From Octopus bimaculoides (taxonomy: Eukaryota): a stretch of 64,000 nucleotides of DNA. Below are positions 50,764 to 64,000 of the stretch, one piece after another; the stretch's first letter is position 1, and each line of letters opens with the position of its first letter. The notes beneath the pieces were generated by a model. That model saw only the letters and a list, made by a program, of their open reading frames with translations, ran no database searches and was not told the origin of the DNA. A program made the translations under genes and the position numbers. The stretch lies in contig NC_068982.1 of the NCBI RefSeq assembly GCF_001194135.2, forward strand, positions 68,599,262 to 68,663,261, given 5' to 3'.

Positions 50764-52706
50764 TTGTGTGCTTGTATGTGTACAAACGAGTTATCAGTTG
50801 TAGACATGACTGCACTAATGTATGTATAAAATAAATGTGTGGACATGCAAGTGAGTCTGTAATAGATGTGTGTATATAAATTATGCATACATATGTGATG
50901 TTACAATCCAGATAACACATACTTTCAGTAAAAGCAAGCTAGAAAGTAATGTAATTATATTTTTGATATAGAATAGTCTATTCTGTTGATGACAGCATGT
51001 GTAGAATGACTGATTTTGATGCAACTTGTGTTGAAAGGGCTATGAAACAGTAAGAACTGTATATTGTGGCATTTTTGGCTATGCATTGTTGCATGGCTGT
51101 GCATTGTGTGCAAGGTCACTGTTGCTATGAGAACTGCATTGGCTACTATTAATGACCTCTGTATCTATGGAGCTGTTTGTTGGGTCACTGCTATCAGCAA
51201 TTAGATATGCTTGTTGATATAACAACATTCTAGTTGTGGATTGGTTGCTAGGAATTAATTTAGCCATCAAATTTATTTATTTCACCTCAAGAACATGCCA
51301 CAAATATAGTTTTTTATCATTTTGGGGAAAGATTCCTTATAATATATCACATGTGTAAGTCGCAACAGCCTTCCTGCAGTTCCCCCTTTTCAATTGGAAA
51401 GGGTTATCTGTTAATATGTATTAAGTTTACACATTGAATGTGTAAACTTCTTTGAACAACTGGAATTTGAAGCATCTATAGTTTCATTGATATTTAAAAG
51501 TTATACTAATAAAATGACATTTAAAATTATTTATTATAATTGTAGCAAGAGAAATCTAATAAAATAAGTGTTATTTAAATAACATCCATAATAATATTCT
51601 GCTTGTTCTTACTTATCTTCATGTATGTGTTTGTTGTAAACAACTTTAATTAAAGAATTAAACCAAAGGCATGACTAAAATCTTTAATGTAATGAAACAA
51701 TAATGTAAAAATCTATAAATTTATGCATCATAAGAGAAATAAGAAAATTTATAAAACATGGAAATTTTATGGATCTGGCTAGTTTAACAATTTATTTAGT
51801 TTCGTTATAGAAAAAAACCTAGTCATCTGTCAAGTAAATCCATAGTATAAGTCATAAAATGAATGTAATGTTAAGCTTGAGACATAGTCATAAAGAATAA
51901 GTAGAGGGTGATGGTGGGGACTACTGAGTTTACAGACCTTAGTAAATAAAAATTCAATATTTTTGAGAAAATTATTCTGAAAGCATATTTTGCTTGTTAT
52001 TTATATAACTATTAAATATATATATAAAAACTAAAGATACTGAATATAGATATTGTTACTAAAAAATGGTTATCTATTTTTATTAATGTTATCTAACAAA
52101 ATCAAAACTCAATATCTAAATTAATTTTAGAGGCTAAATTCAGACATTTCCCTCTTAAAAATTGATATTTTGTTGAGGTTATATATGTAATTATGGATAG
52201 TTTGCTTCCCATTTTGTGATTATCCACGTATTCTTCTGAGTCATTAAGATACAATGAAAATTAAAAACAAATAACTGGTTCTTATGATAGTTATCATCAA
52301 TGGTAACATAAAAATTTAAACATCTTCCATTAAATGAAACATTGTGTTTGATATATATTACATATACCACTTTGAAAACATTGTATGAATACTTAAAGAT
52401 GATGAACTGACAGATGCATTAGAATGTTAGGAAAATACCTTGTACTTGTTTTGGCTCTTTACTTCCTGAGTTAAATCCCACCACAGTTGACATTGTCTTC
52501 TGTACTTTTGGTGTCAGTATGATAAAGTACCCATCAAATGCTGGGGGTGATTGTATTGATTTACCTGACCCTTCAAAACTGCTGGCCTTTGTGCTTAAAT
52601 CAGAAACAGTTATATGAATACTAAAATAGGATGTATTATTTGTTATAATGAGGTTAACTGAAATGGTGTTTATATTTAAAGAAAACATAAATTGTCATAA
52701 CTTTAA

Positions 52707-52927
52707 CTCTTTAGCATTCAAATTACTTTGTCAAATGTTATACTTATTTATTCACATTGTTTTGAATTAATCATGTATTATCACGTAACTTTGAGATTTT
52801 GATGATGAGCTGGTATATTTTTAGATTGATATTGTAGGGCAGGTGTGAGAAGCCAGATTATGACAGTTTGAACATAAAACAGGTGGAAATGTTTGGGCTG
52901 GATATGGCTGATTTAAATGTTAAAGGG
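52707..52927 (-). mobile_element. piggyBac-type MITE (same family as 6288-6499)
   Basis: TTAA flanks, AAAGGG terminus, internal similarity to the reverse complement of 6288-6499. Confidence 0.7.
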
Positions 52928-54249
52928 TTAAATTATAGTTTACTATGCTTATAAATATTGTAAAATAGTTAAAAATACTATAGAAGAATATTAATAAGAG
53001 TATTTGAATACATATCTCTGATGTAACTGAATAATACCTTGGTTTGATTGCACAAGATTTTCAAAAAATTATGCATTTAAGATTTTATAATGCAAAGGTA
53101 TAATCATTAAAGAACCATATGAGTTACTTTATTCAATATAATTCCTTGCTGAAATCACTTTCGTAATTTGAGGTAATTATTTTGAAAGATTTTGTCTTGG
53201 TGTATGTTTAGTTTCATATCTTACAACTATTTTTGAGTTAATCGTGATAATTACAAACATTAATTGCAATTTATTTCTTTATTCTAAACTCAATCAGGCT
53301 CATCTTGGCCAGTGAACTAGATTATTAATACCATTTTATTTATTAGTAGATATTAGATAATTCATTATTACAGGGTGGGTATTCGGTATATGGATTGTTA
53401 GTTATTCAATGGCTGTCTACATCTCATCTTGCTCAGTTCATGTTATACTTCAGTCTGTCTTGGAAATTGTGAGTAGTAGTAACTGAATATCAAATTGACA
53501 CTTGGTTTTCTTAGATCAGTGACTTACATTGTTGATTTTCATTGTTTCCATGTCTTTTTCGACCTTTAAACAAAACATGGTAACCATTGCACACCACTGA
53601 GATTGTAAAAATGATTAAAGTGAGTGTCACACACATTTAGGACTATTGATGTAATTCCTGTCAGTTTTGATTGTGTAGATTGTAAATAATTAAACGCTCT
53701 GTGTTGACCCATTAAACCATTTACTAGATAAATGTCTCAAACATACAAATTTGCTGTGATGCTCATATTTCCTTTCACATTTTTAATTAGAATCAATGCT
53801 CTAACTACAGGATATTAAATCTCTTTTAATAGAAATTTCTAACATTGGTACAAAGCCATCCATTTGTACACAAAAAGTACAGTCATTTCAGAATACAATC
53901 AAGTATACTTTAGCTGCATTTTAGGTTAAAAGTATTTTGAATTATTAATGTTATCTTAAGAGACAAAATGTCTTTAATAATTTATCTACACTGTCTCTAT
54001 TGGTTTCATCTGTGATTATCATTAGAATCTTATTCTTTGAACATGTACATTTTATAAGACTGGATTCCTGCTAAGAAGCTTTATTTTTGAACAATGAATA
54101 TCTTCATCCTCTGAACTCTGGATACTTGTATGAGTAATGATATAAATTTAAGTGGGTTTCTTTTCATTTTTTTTTTTTTTTTTTTTTNNNNNNNNNNTTT
54201 TTTTTTTTTTTTTTTTTGTAAATGCAGCCTTATTGAGCTGATGTCAGTT

Positions 54250-55210
54250 TTGAGCATATTGATTGGGTTTTTAGCAAGCCTTATATATCAAGCATCTTTA
54301 ATTGGTGATTGATTTTTCTCAGTTTCCTCTGTGTTTCTCTAACAATTATATAAATTTCATTCTCTAGCAGTATGTAATTTATTTTCTTACTCTGTATCTC
54401 TTCAACTATTTATATGCTTCTTTCATTTAGCCTTTTTATGTTCCTCTGTTCTTACTTTTAGGGGCTTCCGAGTTTCTCTTTTGCAATATTTTATGTTCTA
54501 ATATTCTTTAATATTCCATGCACTTCTACAAATACATGAACTCTTATAGATGAAATTCTTATGTTCTAGCTATCCATGAGTAGATTTAATTTGGTGATCA
54601 ATCTAAAGTTTAACATTACTTTTGAATATAGTTACTTTCTAAAATGCTTGGTACATCAGAATTGTGTTCTAATGTTTCTCTGAATTCTCTCTGACAAATA
54701 CTTACAGTAATGTGGAGACATAATAGAGTTTGATTTAATCTCTATTCTGTGCTTAAAAGTAGTTGTATACCTTATATGATGGACCAGGTATTTGTTATTC
54801 AGAAATGTCATTTCCAGGTGAATCATTTCTTCAATATAAATTGAAGTATTGATGCAGGTCTTTCTTTTGTCCAAAGTTTGTGGTATTAGATAATTTCAGT
54901 TTGGATGTTAATCATAATTTAAGTAGAGTTCACTGGCTATTGATTTTTGATGCATTGATGCTATGAAACCTGCTTCTGTCTTTGAACCAATACACCAAGG
55001 AATGGTAATTTGTTGTTACTTTCCCTCTTCTAGGTGAACTAAATTAATATATGTGGATAACATCAAGTTCAACTTGGTGTTATCCATATTTCATCATCGA
55101 GCTGTTTATTTTTAGTGTGGTACTTTTTAAAGCTAGAATCTTCAAAGTGTTCCATATAGATTTAGCTATTACTGTTGATAATAAACCCATAGCCAACCCT
55201 TTCATTTACG
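54250..55210 (-). mobile_element. Decayed Penelope-like retroelement fragment
   Basis: Minus strand MKGLAMGLLST-VIA resembles GxAMGsPLS. A Y(V)DN remnant and PHYCKYLSERIQR resemble lPYxxxlSExixR. Many stops. Confidence 0.4.
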
Positions 55211-55729
55211 GTAAATTTTATTTTCTACCAGAAAGCAGTGACCAGTTGGTAGTTTTGTGCTCATGAAGACTTTGGGGTTTTTTTCTAGTCTGCTCCTGAC
55301 AATCGTGACAACTGACAAGGCACCGTCTGTTAGAATCATTGTTAATAGGTTTACCACATCATAACTGATCATTTTGCTAGACATGATTTGCTTGTACTCA
55401 ACTTGTTCTGTGAAGCATGTTGAATTTTTCGCATGGGAAGAAGTTCTGCCCAAAAGTACCAAGAGTGGGGAAAGGATGTTAATCAGAAAAAAACTTAGTA
55501 GATAACATGGTGAGTGTCTGCATCTAACAATAGACTCAAAGGTACCCCAAGTATATGTGTTTTGTAGAGTTCTCACACATGCATATGTCATCATCATTTA
55601 ACATCTGCCTTCCATGCTGGCATAGGCTGAACAGTTTGACAGGAGTTGGTAAGGCAAAGGATTGCATCAAGTGCTATTGTGTACTTTGGGATGCTTTTTA
55701 AGACTTGATGCCTTTCCTCTGTGTGTGTT

Positions 55730-55764
<35 letters not shown>

Positions 55765-55774
55765 NNNNNNNNNN

Positions 55775-55805
<31 letters not shown>

Positions 55806-58800
55806 GGTAGCTAACTATTGTGTTGTATAAGCTCTTTGTATTTATATAGTCAGTAAAATGTTGTTTTTATGCACAATTGACAAAATGTTGATGAAGCAAG
55901 GCTTTTCTTTAAACCTTTTGGTATCAAATCACCCAAGACCCTCCTGGTTTTATGGTACTAACATCCTGTTTTAAAGTGATCTAAATTAAAGCTTCCTTTT
56001 AAAATTCCAGGTTTATGTTCATTTGAAACTGAACTTAATAAGACAAAGTCATTCTACTGTAATCTTTATTGTTTTAAAAATTAACTGAAAGAAAAATAAA
56101 AAATGTGGTAGCAAAAGGCTTATCTTCTTGTAGTTATCCTGATTTTTAAATGCCCTCAACTTGTCAGAGTGTTATATCCTATCAGAGATAGCAGCTGCAT
56201 TACCCTTCTGCTCTTGTCTGAAGGTAGTAGATTGATCTACTATGCTTCTGGAGGGTTTTGTTGTCATGGTTTTCAAAGTTTGATCTTCTTCAGTACATTT
56301 TGGCCAATTTTTCAAGCACAATGACTGATTTTTTGATTGGGAATAATGTATAAATAGGGAATTTGCTTGATAGTAGTAACAAAAAGCCCTTTGTTTAGCA
56401 CCAATTCTTCAGATTTGGCTAACTGGTTTTTACTAAAGTTAATCAATTTTACTGCTTGACATTTTCCTTCCTGAGGAACATTTGTCTTTTCCAGAACCTG
56501 TTGCTTTTTAATATTGACTGTTTTACACTTTTCAAACATTGTGCTTGGGATGTGCTATCATGACACCTTGAGGTGTTAGTAGGGTTCTTCTATTTTTTCA
56601 ATTGATTTTTGATCATTTGTGCTCCAGGGATTGGTATTGGCTTGGATCATTGATTTTGGCTAATGGCATTCAGTTACTGTATTTTAAGATACGCTTTTTT
56701 CTCTCAAAACATCTCAAAAATTCATCCCAGGAACTATATCCAAGATTGCTTTAAAAATTACATGCTTTAATGCATTACAAACTTTATATTCTTAATATGT
56801 GCTGCTGAAATTGGTATGCATCTAATATCTTTGAGCATCTTTTATACCATCAAATATGGTACTGGTACTTGAAGTAATAAAAACAAAGTGATCCTTGGTG
56901 AGATATTGTCTCAGAAATGTCAAGTAATGTAACTGAATACTCCATGGTATTTAGTCAGACACTGTGCCATTTTTTGTCACTTCACCACTTTTAATCCTTT
57001 TAATATTAAAGTGTTAAAATATTGAAAAAAATATTTTTTCAAACCAGAAAGTCTAAATATTCTGGTGTCATCCAATAATTTTCCAACTTAGAAGAACATT
57101 TTCAGACTCTTGTAAAAGTAGGTTACTTCCATTATCAACAATAGCAACATCTTTACCAAACAACTGGATATGTAAAAAAAAAATATTACTCTCCCCACTC
57201 TCTCTCTCTCTCTCTGTTCTTGGTCAATTTTGGCCTACATCTGACTTAACCAATAACCATCAACTAAAAGTACACTCACACCAGTTCAAATTCTCATTTA
57301 CATCACATGTCCAAATTTCATTTTTACTTTTTTTTTCAGCCAGCAACTTTTGATGCTTCTTCTAGACAATTTGTGTCTTGGTACTATGACTCTCAAATTT
57401 ACTTTACATCCTAAATCATTCAATAAACCAAACCAAACTCATTTCCTTTCTCTTGTTGGAATTTTTCCAACTTTAAGCTGGCACATAGCCTGACACATGA
57501 ACTATACAACACAGAAACTATTGTAAGCTTAACAAAAAAATCTAAATTAAAATATGTTTGAAATAGTTTGTTGTTAATAGTTTTTACTTTATTTAAAACT
57601 TTAAGTTGTTATGAGTATGTTACAAAACAACAAGTGATCACATAAAATACTTAGGATGTTGCACTCATGAGCGTGAGATCATAGTTTCAGTTCCTAGACT
57701 GGGTGGTGCATTGTGTTCGTGAGCAAAACACTTCATCTCGTGTTTTGCTCTGTGATCACTTTGACACCTGACGTGTGGTACACCATGTATCTGTTCAGGC
57801 AATGTTGATTTAATGGATGGAGTGAGCTAATGTACAGCACATACATTTGATCACTATAAACAAATCATTTGTGCAGGTCATTCAGCAAAAGCTAAACACT
57901 CATATGTCTTCTTTGACTGGAGAGTCCAGCACAAGAGTAGAACAAGTTAAATTCATTGCATGATATTTCAAAGGAGAATTCTATTCACCTTCTTGTACAT
58001 TGAAGGTCCACCCTAACACTTCATCACCAGCATTTTCTCTCTCTTTTTTTTTTTTTTTTTTTGGTTAATCCCATCAACTCTTCTATAATGTGAGTAACCA
58101 TTTAGTACCTCTACAGAAAGAAAGCTGTTCTGTCCTGGCCTTTTCTTTCATATGTTAACCTCTCATTACCTAGCATAAAGCTATTTGTCTTGACTGTAGC
58201 TCTACTCTGTCAATGGGGATCTTAGTTTTGTGAGTTACATGGCAACCTCACTAGTATTAGTGCCATGAAAAAAGCACCCAATAGACAGCAGAAAATGAGT
58301 GGCATTCGTAAGTGCATCCAGCCATAGAAACCATGCCAAAGTGAGCTTTGGAGCATAATGCATTCCTGCAAACCACCACATCCTGTCAAACTATTCAATC
58401 CATGCCAGTGTGGAAGAGAGACAATAAAAGATAATGATGATGAGAAGAATGATGAATACACCTGTTTACAATGTGTAAAATCCTTACAATAAAACATCCA
58501 CTAACAGCACCTTTGTTCTTACATTGGAAAATAATTTGGAATGAGCTAAATGTAACTATCACTACCAACATAACTTCTTGGACATTACTGTAAATCTTAA
58601 GATTGGTAAATACTATCCCTATACAATGTGTAATGAGGATATCATAACTTCATACACGGGAATTCCACAGACCCTCAACTGAAATTAGAAACTTGGTGCC
58701 TGTATCAACAAAAGGAACTTCAGTTTAACTTCAGACAGAAATAGTTTTGCTGGAGCTGAGCTCTATGATGATGAGTGGCAAGGAGTAGCTTAAGTTAATA

Positions 58801-59415
58801 TACATAGAAGATCCCCCATTCCTAACCTCAAAGGAAGTCATAAAGACGAAAAAAGATTGTTCAATCCTCTGTTCAGCTAAGATGTCTTCACAAACATAGC
58901 CAGGAATTTTTTTTATCCCTAATTTGGTGAAACTTCCCAAGCAAACATAAATGGCATAAACGTTTTAATGAGCAGAATATAAAATTAAGTTACTTGATGA
59001 CAATGTGAGTTTTTCTAGACAACACTTTCTCTTGGATGAACATCAGTAGGGTGGAGATGAGAGACTTATATACATAGGCATAGGCAACTGCCAGTTTTCT
59101 GAAAGAAATCTTATCTAGACCTGTGCATACATGTATGTGTAGGTGAATGGTTGACCTTGATTGACAGACTGTCATGGCATCTTATAATTTTTACATTTAA
59201 TAATTAATACGTATAATTTTAGTTTGAGCAAGCACTTCTTACCTTGTCTTTTTAGACACAAAGACAACACACATGCATGTATGTACACAGATACACAGAT
59301 GTATACATGTGTGTGCAGAGTCAAATGGAATCTGACATACTTAATGCTGGAAGTCATAAAAAATTCTTAATCAATTAAATTACTCTCAAATTAAGAATTA
59401 AAGTAATTTGCTTTA

Positions 59416-59634
59416 ACCTCTTTGTTACCATATTTCTGTTGAGATGTTCTGTGTTACTTTCAATTAATTTTAAATATAACAAAAAAATTTAGTAAAATAA
59501 CTTAGTTATCATTAGGCTAGTGCTAGGAACATAAATCGTGACTAAGGTTTGGTGGAAGATTTTAATTCAGAACTTTTGAAAACAAGACGTTTGTACTACA
59601 GAGCCAGAGGCAGTTTCAGTTGGTATCAAGAGGG
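59416..59634. mobile_element. piggyBac-type MITE
   Basis: TTAA|CCTCTTTGTTACC ... GGTATCAAGAGGG|TTAA. Confidence 0.6.
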
Positions 59635-60496
59635 TTAATTACAGTGCTTGGTAAAAGATCCTAGAAATTTAAATAAAACAATTTAATGGAGACATGACAT
59701 CAAGTGGAGACCGAATTTTATCTTTGGAAAATATGTTGGCAATTCTAGTCCTGGGCATGTTTTGGTATTGTTAAATCTCCTCAGAGAAATATTGGGTAAA
59801 AAAAAAATAACTAGGTTTTAGAACATCTCAATGAATATAGTTGTCTTGTGCAAAATTATTTCCTGATTAGACAATTTTGAATAATGATTTTGAAATATTT
59901 CCTAAGGGTGCCTTCTACATGAAGAACATATAGTTAAATGTAAATCCATGTATACACCTGCATGTCACCATTTAATCTTTTATCAATTCAAATTTAAGGG
60001 TTCTCTTTCTTGCTTTCTTTGACAGGATTTCTCATTAACACAAATAATTTTTCTGTATATTAGAGGTCTAACTTTAATTGCTTAAAAATTAGTTTGATGT
60101 ACTACATTAAATACATTAGTTCACCATACAGAAAGCACTCTTGGGAAAATTTCCAGTATCCTTAATATCTAATTACCCTATCAATGAATAATTTTCCCAC
60201 ACAAACTATAACTCAGGTATTGGCTGAATGTACATGGAAGATGATACTTAATTTAGAATATTAAATATGAGTGAAACAGGTATGGAATTGTACTTATAGA
60301 GGAAAGAATTTCCTCTCTGCTGCACATCTCCATTTAATTTTTAATTAATTCAAATTTCAGAGTTTTTTCCCCTTACAAAGAATTATTTTTATTGCTAATG
60401 ACTTTGTTTCTCATTTCTGGTTTAATTTCAGTTGACTGAAAAATTATTTGTGCCTTACAACATTATATATGTTAGTTCACACTTAACTATTTACAC

Positions 60497-60640
60497 ATGT
60501 ATGTATGTATGTATGTATGTATGTATGTATGTATGTATGTATGTATGTATGTATGTATGTATGTGTGTATGTATGTATGTAGGTATGTATGTATGCATGC
60601 ATGTATGTATGTATGAATGCATGCATGTATGTATGTATGT
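60497..60640 (+). repeat. (TATG)n microsatellite
   Basis: Directly visible. Confidence 0.95.
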
Positions 60641-60944
60641 GTGAGTGTTTGTGTTTGTATGTGTAACATGGGTATCAGGTAGGAAAATATTTTACTTCAA
60701 ATTATTTTAACTAATTTGGAGTTTAAAAAATTTGTAGCATAACAGGAGAGATTTTTTTTTTGATATTGTTTCCTGTATTTTGATAGCAATTAAAATCATT
60801 AGCTTAAATATTTTAGCATCATAACATTTTAGCAATTACCGAGTTTATGAAAATTAACTTTTCCCACCCATCGAAATATCGAAATTAAATATCGTTACAT
60901 TTAAATCTGTATTCAACTCGGTTTAATAATTTTGGTGCAGTCCT

Positions 60945-60953
60945 ACCGGAAGT
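60945..60953 (+). promoter_or_regulatory. ETS/GABP-type site (ACCGGAAGT) in the putative STRAP core promoter
   Basis: Consensus CCGGAAGT about 140 bp upstream of the STRAP ATG, in a locally CpG-richer patch. Confidence 0.55.
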
Positions 60954-61089
60954 GAAGTTGTCGGCGTTTTACCATCTACCGCACATTCACACCGTAGAGA
61001 GGATAACCAATCTACAAATATAAATTTATCTATTTTTATACTCGCACACACATACAGATACACGCATACACACTTCTCTCTCGGTGAAG

Positions 61090-61204
61090 ATGTCCAACTT
61101 CAGGCAGACACCGCTCACTTGTTCTGGTCATACCCGGCCTGTAGTTTACTTGGCTTTCAGTGATATAACCCAGTACGGATACTATCTCATCAGCGCATGT
61201 AAAG
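61090..61204 (+). CDS. STRAP: Serine-threonine kinase receptor-associated protein (STRAP/Unrip, WD40), first coding exon; gene continues beyond the window
   Basis: MSNFRQTPLTCSGHTRPVVYLAFSDITQYGYYLISACK followed by a phase-1 GT donor. Nearly identical to the STRAP N-terminus MRQTPLTCSGHTRPVVDLAFS. Confidence 0.95.
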
Positions 61205-61977
61205 GTTCGTCGAACACTAACTTCACTCTATTACTTGCAGCCGATTTGTACCATAAATGTTTGTAGACACTAACACACATGATACAAGTATTTATATAAT
61301 GTATGTTAGCATCTAGTTTTGTGTATATCCATATGCATGTCAGCGTGTGTGTTTATAACGTGCGCCTGTTACAAATAGTTGGGAACGGTTGGGTTTAGCT
61401 ATGCAATCGTGATACTATTTTCTTATTGTAATTTTGGAAAGAATTGCCGTAATTTTATATAAAATATCCAAATTTCGTCAATCGAACAATTTTCCGATTT
61501 ATTTTCCTTTTTTTAAAAAATTTATTTTACCGGCGTTGCTCTTCGGTCATCGTGTTAATTAACATCTATATTAATTAACTACAGACTTTTTAACATCCGC
61601 ATGATGACAACTTACATGTTTGCTGTTATTGACAGTGCTAAGCTGGTTTACACTCCCATTTAAGCACCTCGATCGACACAAGAAGCTGCTATGATGAATT
61701 TAAGCTTCAATTACATCTCAACTGTTTCTACATTTCATATTTTTTATTAAAAGAAGAAAAAAAATGTTGATGCGCGTTGAAATTAAATTGCCCTCCAAAA
61801 CGTCAATTCTTATCGGCATGTGTGGATTGATTAATAAATCAGCTGGAAAAGATCGTGATAACACACCTTTGTGGGGAAGGTGTTAAGCTGTTATTTCATC
61901 TATTAACTCATATATGGTACTCAAATGATGATCGCTTACAAAGTATTTGTGTGTGTGTATGTATGTATGGATGTATG

Positions 61978-62034
<57 letters not shown>

Positions 62035-64000
62035 NNNNNNNNNNAGGTAAAAACTCAATTAAAATCAATTTATTAAAGATTAAAATTAAATTAAGTTTCA
62101 CAGTGGATTTTCATCGATGAGTTCATGAACCTTGGTTCTTTTCCCTAAAACTATATATTTATATATATATATATGTGTCGATATCTATAATTTGTTAACT
62201 TAAAGCGTCAAGTTTTATATGATCTTACGGGGATATTTTTAGAATAACACTAGTTGCGTGTGAAACAAAAATTCTGTCTAGGTAGAAAGGAAAATGGGAC
62301 CCATTACTTAGTTATTTGCATGTAGATGTTATAATTTAACTTGTTCTCTTCTTTCTATTCAACTTTTACAATGGTGTGTGAAAGAGCGAGAAATCATTGC
62401 TGCACCCAAGGAAGACTTAAGCATAATCATTTGTTTTATAAATTATATTTAAATAAAATTCTTCATTTGTTCTCCGTGTTATCTTATACCTTGTGGGTAT
62501 TTCACATTATCAGTATCTGCATCTTCAACAAATGCATAAATATGAAATACATAAATCACTGTAGAACATTTTGTAAGTTTTAGATGTAGGGCGAGTATTT
62601 TCTGTGTTTATGATATTGTAAGCTATTTTGTACACACAAAATATATTTCAGATTGTGATATGTGGTGTATATATGTGTGTGTCTGTGTTTACACACATGA
62701 TATATGGGGGGCTAATGCAGTTTCGCACCTCTCATATCATGTATACATGTAGCATGTGTGTATATATGTTGTGTTACCATATATATAATACTTAAAAATT
62801 GACGAGTATTTTAATTTTATCTAATATATATATTGATAATTAAAATATTCTTCAATTTTATTTTTAATTTGTATTTGTCATCTGGAAGATTCTGTTTAAC
62901 AAATTCTTCCGTCCCTCATCGAAAAATATAAATATTTGCAATGCTATAATCCCAAACCCATACATAGCATTCTAATCTCTTGTCTTGTAATTTTAATCCG
63001 GCGATGTTTCGAGAGAACTTGTATCGAAACATCGCCTTTAATCCTTACCAACAGTTCTAATCTTTGTTTATTAGCTATTTAATGCCTGCTTTTCTATAAT
63101 CAGTCTGAAATCTCAGCATGTTCACATTTTCAGCATGATATATCTAATGTGTCTTGATGTGGTTTCTGCGAAGAATTAGACTTGTTACACAAATAAGTCA
63201 ATAATATAGTTCATTCAAGTAAATGGTGGCTCCTCTTCTAGAATAGTTGATTGTTCGTATGTATTCTTTTAAATTAATGTATTGAGAAGTGTACAATTAG
63301 CTTCTTAAACCCTTTTTTTTTTTTATTTGTCTTCCAGATTCTAGTTTAATGTAAATTGTCAGTGTTTGGTTTTTTTTTTTTAAATTCTTGTACTCTTATC
63401 TTTTTTTTTGTTTTCTCTCTATCTGATGCTGAATAACTGATGTTTTTTTTTATTCTTCGTTTCTTTCTTTTGTAATGAATAAACAGAATATCAAATAACA
63501 GTTCAACGGCTCCTTAATTGGCCTTTATTGGAAATTTTCTTTAAAATCCTTGATTCTACTCAACGCTGTGTGTGGTGTGTAGGGTAATACTTATTTAAAG
63601 GATTATAGTTTGTTGTGTGCATGTCCTCGTGCGCGCACACACACACACATACAGAATATATATATACGCACACACACATATACATGCACATACATACAAA
63701 GACGTAGACTATTGTATGGAAGAAAAAAAACAGAAGCATCATAATACCAAGTATATAAGCGTAATATCAGATAAATACACCCAACACTCCTAATGAGCTT
63801 ATAAACACTGGTTCATACATGACTCCCGTCTGAATGGTACATCAGATCTGTTAAGACTCCCAGATCTGTCTAGATGAATGAATATTACAAGTGCGTTGCC
63901 CAAATATACAGCAATACACAGTGGATTTAAACTCAAGATGTGTATAATGCTAGTTTAATACTTTATCCATCCAAACATTTTGCGTCTCTGATATGTTTGT

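Noticed and set aside
1871-61204. Functional cluster KNL1-TSEN15-STRAP (two are human microcephaly/PCH genes)
   Set aside because: No shared pathway or regulatory evidence in the sequence; adjacency of housekeeping genes is expected by chance.
60432-62101. Low-complexity ORFs (MYVCMYV, IYIYIY)
   Set aside because: Translations of (TATG)n and (TA)n microsatellites.

Overview
AT-rich, intron-rich, repeat-dense animal DNA. The SINE and LINE families look like those of Octopus (inference). It has two large assembly gaps (926-1370, 8230-8818) and three short N runs. Three protein-coding genes can be assembled by hand from GT-AG junctions and recognisable motifs. (1) KNL1/CASC5/Spc105 on the minus strand has at least 18 coding exons from 30536 down to 1871, about 1670 aa, and its RWD end was not located. 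It carries SILK and RVSF PP1-docking motifs, two MDLT motifs, one 3.7-kb exon with large non-MELT tandem repeats, and the Spc7-like helical region. (2) TSEN15 on the plus strand has 4 exons over 42719-49736. (3) The first coding exon of STRAP/Unrip is on the plus strand at 61090-61204. Between and inside these genes are tRNA-derived SINEs, RTE, CR1/Jockey-like, CRE and Penelope-like fragments, piggyBac-type MITEs, a solo LTR, Helitron-like pieces and microsatellites. The most unusual structures are a nested pair of GG-terminated MITEs with 8-bp TSDs (a perfect 76-bp stem inside an element carrying telomeric repeats), a CRE fragment with what look like 3' tails at both ends, and the non-MELT repeat expansion in KNL1. 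I found no clear evidence for a wholly new multi-gene system.
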